In this document: one piece after another, positions 48,200 to 51,019 of the stretch | Layout: every line of letters starts with the position of its first letter | How positions within the stretch are numbered: the stretch's first letter is position 1 | Source of the DNA: Octopus bimaculoides | Lineage: Eukaryota | NCBI RefSeq assembly: GCF_001194135.2 | Contig: NC_068991.1 | Coordinates: 48,875,715-48,926,733 of the forward strand | DNA length: 51,019 bases | Direction of reading: 5' to 3' | Notes under the pieces: model-generated | Told to the model about the DNA's origin: nothing | Databases searched by the model: none | Seen by the model: only the letters and a program-made list of their open reading frames with translations | Made by a program: the position numbers and the translations under genes

Positions 48200-49340
48200 G
48201 ATTTGTCAAAGAAATCTAAGTGTGGGTGGCATCAAAAGATTCAGAGAATGAATAGACGACTTGAAATAAAAGAGTGATAGTGAAAGAGAGATAGAGAGAA
48301 AAAAGAGAGGAGTAAGTGAGTGAGGGTGAAAAAAGAGAGGGGGAGATGGGAAGACTCATTTCTGAGTGGTCGACATTCTTCTTAAACAGTTGAAATTTGG
48401 TGGTTGAAAGATAAACACGGATAGGAAATAGATTCCAGTGGGTCAACGCTTTAGTGCGACGGACTGCACCTTGTGGTTAGATCGAGTGCGGAAAAGGAAC
48501 ATACTACAGGGCATATACAATGGATAAAGAAGAAAAAACAAATGAATTGAGTAAGCTGCGCATGATGTGAAACATGATCGATCAGACCCAAATACAGAAT
48601 GAGGTGACATGGCATATTCGTGGATCAAATTTTAGAGTCTGTTGGTAAGTGATTTGGTGCTAAATAGATTTAAGGCTTTTGTTGTATGCAGATTTTTTTT
48701 CTTTTCGTTAGATATGTCTGGAGAAAGGGACAGTATAATGACTTTCACAGATCCACTGCTTAAAGTGTTGCAAGAAGAGGACCTCTGGGAAGACGAGCGC
48801 ATTGATGGAATTTTAGAGGGCCAATATTAGGCGGTGTTTGGGGTGGGGTTTTAGTGCAGGCCTGGAGGGTTAGACATAACATGGGCAATGAGAGGAGGAG
48901 AGACAAGTGACTCGAGAGTACCCGAGGGACGGTTACCACAAAACTAGCCTGATCCAAGTTACAAAGGCCTTTGCATTAGCAGTAGAAGGTAGAACAGGCA
49001 CAGAGAGAAGATAAGACAGAGCTGGAGTGTAACTGTGAGTAACTCTATTCGTCATAGAATGGTCTAGGTTGTGTAACACAGTTGGCGATAGAGGAAACGT
49101 GGTGAGTTTGCGATGTCTGAACCATTGCACTATAGTGAATGGTTCTCACTTTGACTTCCACAATATTTGTTCGACCAACGGAAGTACATCCCTGCCAAAA
49201 TACACCTTATTCTTTCACAAAAGATCAGAAAGAACAAAACTGACTCACGTATAAGATAGCGCAATACGAGATACGCTATGTCTGAAAAAGATGTGACTGA
49301 TAGGGCTAGAAAGTTTTTGATCGCTTTCCTCCTCACTCAG
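48200..49340 (-). mobile_element. Penelope-like element, N-terminal part (heavily decayed), likely the same copy as 46400-47522
   Basis: VVTVPRVLS (N-terminal VVTIP-like motif), PLESIS (CPTE.IS-like) and ...DFFDK at 48200, which normally sits shortly before the LAELVL motif that resumes at 47520. Confidence 0.55.
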
Positions 49341-49503
49341 TGTGATGAGGGGTAACTTGAGGTTAAGTAACAACACTAACGTAAGTAGCTACATTTCGTT
49401 GTTTAAGTTGTTGTTATTGGTTATCCTCAGGTCAGAATTATGCCAAAGTTACTTACGCCGTAGCCTTCTTGTTCATTTGTTAATACAGAGTTGCATCACC
49501 CTA

Positions 49504-49717
49504 GTGGCGAGCTGGCAGAAACGTTAGCACGCCGGGCGAAATGCTTAGCGGTATTTCGTCTGTCTTTACGTTCTGTGTTCAAATTCAGCTATTGTCGACT
49601 TTGCCTTTTATCCTTTCGGGGTCGATAAATTAAGTACCAATTGCGCACTGGGATCGATCTAATCGACTAGCCCCTCTTCCCCAAAATTTCGGGCCCTGTG
49701 TCTAGAGTAGAAAAGAA
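49504..49717 (+). mobile_element. SINE family B, full-length copy
   Basis: GTGGCGAGCTGGCAGAAACGTTAGCACGCCGGGCGAAATGCTTAGCGG...GTTCAAATTC (A- and B-box-like), 3' end GGGCC.TGTG.CTAGAGTAGAAAAGAA. Confidence 0.9.
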
Positions 49718-50111
49718 TTACATCACCATGTCTGTCCTTTTTTTTAGACAGCATGATGTGTTATATGATATCTCCGTCGTTTGTCGACGAGGTTTTAGTT
49801 GTTCGATTAACTGAATTCCCTGCTCCTGGATTGATGCTTACGTGGCTGATGATTCCACAAGAACGTTTTTTTTTTTAACANNNNNNNNNNNNNNNNNNNN
49901 NNNNNNNNNNNNNNNNNNNNNNNNNNNNNNNNNNNNNNNNNNNNNNNNNNNNNNNNNNNNNNNNNNNNNNNNNNNNNNNNNNNNNNNNNNNNNNNNNNNN
50001 NNNNNNNNNNNNNNNNNNNNNNNNNNNNNNNNNNNNNNNNNNNNNNNNNNNNNNNNNNNNNNNNNNNNNNNNNNNNNNNNNNNNNNNNNNNNNNNNNNNN
50101 NNNNNNNNNNN

Positions 50112-50159
<48 letters not shown>

Positions 50160-50986
50160 AACAAACAAACAAACAAACAAACAAACAAACATACATACAT
50201 ACATAAAAAACTTACCCAAACTTCAGTATTTAGATATATCAGCACGTCTAGACATGCGACTATATAGTCGCATGTCTAGAATACATGCATAAAACAAAGC
50301 ATACAAATCTATATATGCACATACACTCATTCCAGAAACTGAGCATGGTCACGCAAATATGCGCAAATGCCTCCATGATGAAGAAGTTTGGGTTCTAGGT
50401 TAGGAAACCGCTTTTTTGTACTGGCAAGAAATCTAGAAATAAAATTAAATAAAAACATTTTAATTGCATTTACGTTATAATCTAGGATATAATATTAGAT
50501 ATAAAAACATATTTCATGATGTTATACACACGCTTACATTCCCAAACGCAAAGAAATGTGTGTGAAAGTGTGTGTGTGTGAGCGTGTGCGTGCGTGTGCG
50601 CGCGCGAGCGTGTATCCTTCTCTTTACCCGTAAGTCACTCTTTGGGAAAAAAACATTAAATGCAAATATGAAATCGAAATCGCCCTTCTGTGCTCCACTG
50701 TATTGTCATTATTCTCAAAAGAATCCGCTATTACAATAGTGAGATATTTAACATATTGATTACTCAACCTAATTAAAATTATTAGATTCTATATAAACTC
50801 ATATACTCTTTTGCGATATTGGGTATAAGAATAATTGACGTTATCTACAATGGTATTCTACAAGATATTCTACTAATCACACTTAGAGGAGTGTACTTCT
50901 CGCCACGCTCCTATTCCTAAACGTATATATGTGCACACATGCACGCACATACACACACACACATAAATAATTACATGAATGTATGA

Positions 50987-51019
<33 letters not shown>

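Larger units (their letters stand above)
1..51019. repeat. Pervasive (TA)n, (TG)n, (TACA)n, (GA)n, (TCTA)n and (ATT)n microsatellites; 15 N-gaps, most opening inside dinucleotide tracts
   Basis: Direct reading, e.g. gaps 1017-1207, 18246-18652, 24826-25075, 30709-31274, 36684-37051, 45112-45929 and 49881-50111 abut (TA)n or (TG)/(CA)n. Confidence 0.97.

Noticed and set aside
86-50267. Long ORFs in the track made of IY, CV, HT, poly-I/L/M/H/S or X runs (e.g. 865-1773, 18072-18894, 26006-27225, 30576-31426, 44994-46194)
   Set aside because: Translations of microsatellites and N-gaps, not genes.
1-51019. CRISPR arrays, operons, prokaryotic defence or viral gene clusters
   Set aside because: No regularly spaced repeat-spacer array and no gene-dense coding DNA; the sequence is eukaryotic repeat-rich DNA.

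Overview
Eukaryotic, AT-rich, repeat-saturated non-coding DNA (intergenic or a very large intron) from a scaffold-level assembly, with 15 N-gaps totalling about 5.2 kb. The tRNA-derived SINE families and the extreme (TA)n/(TG)n/(ATT)n load look like an Octopus (coleoid cephalopod) genome; this is my recognition, not a database result. I found no intact host gene, true tRNA, rRNA, CRISPR array or operon, and most of the supplied ORF track is microsatellite or gap artefact. What can be supported is transposon debris. It includes about a dozen pieces of R4/Dong-like RLE non-LTR retrotransposons and an associated ~500-bp non-coding element, all on the minus strand and mostly next to trinucleotide tracts. 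There is also a split Penelope-like element, a deleted D34D mariner, a mariner-derived MITE, a 435-bp MITE with long TIRs, the ORF1 (zinc-knuckle) 5' end of a LINE, and many copies of five SINE families. The least explained parts are a decayed, unassigned coding-like patch at 10.9-13.9 kb, the non-tRNA element that may be a LINE-dependent short element, and several strong hairpins/palindromes. I cannot claim a new biological system from this window; the findings are leads.
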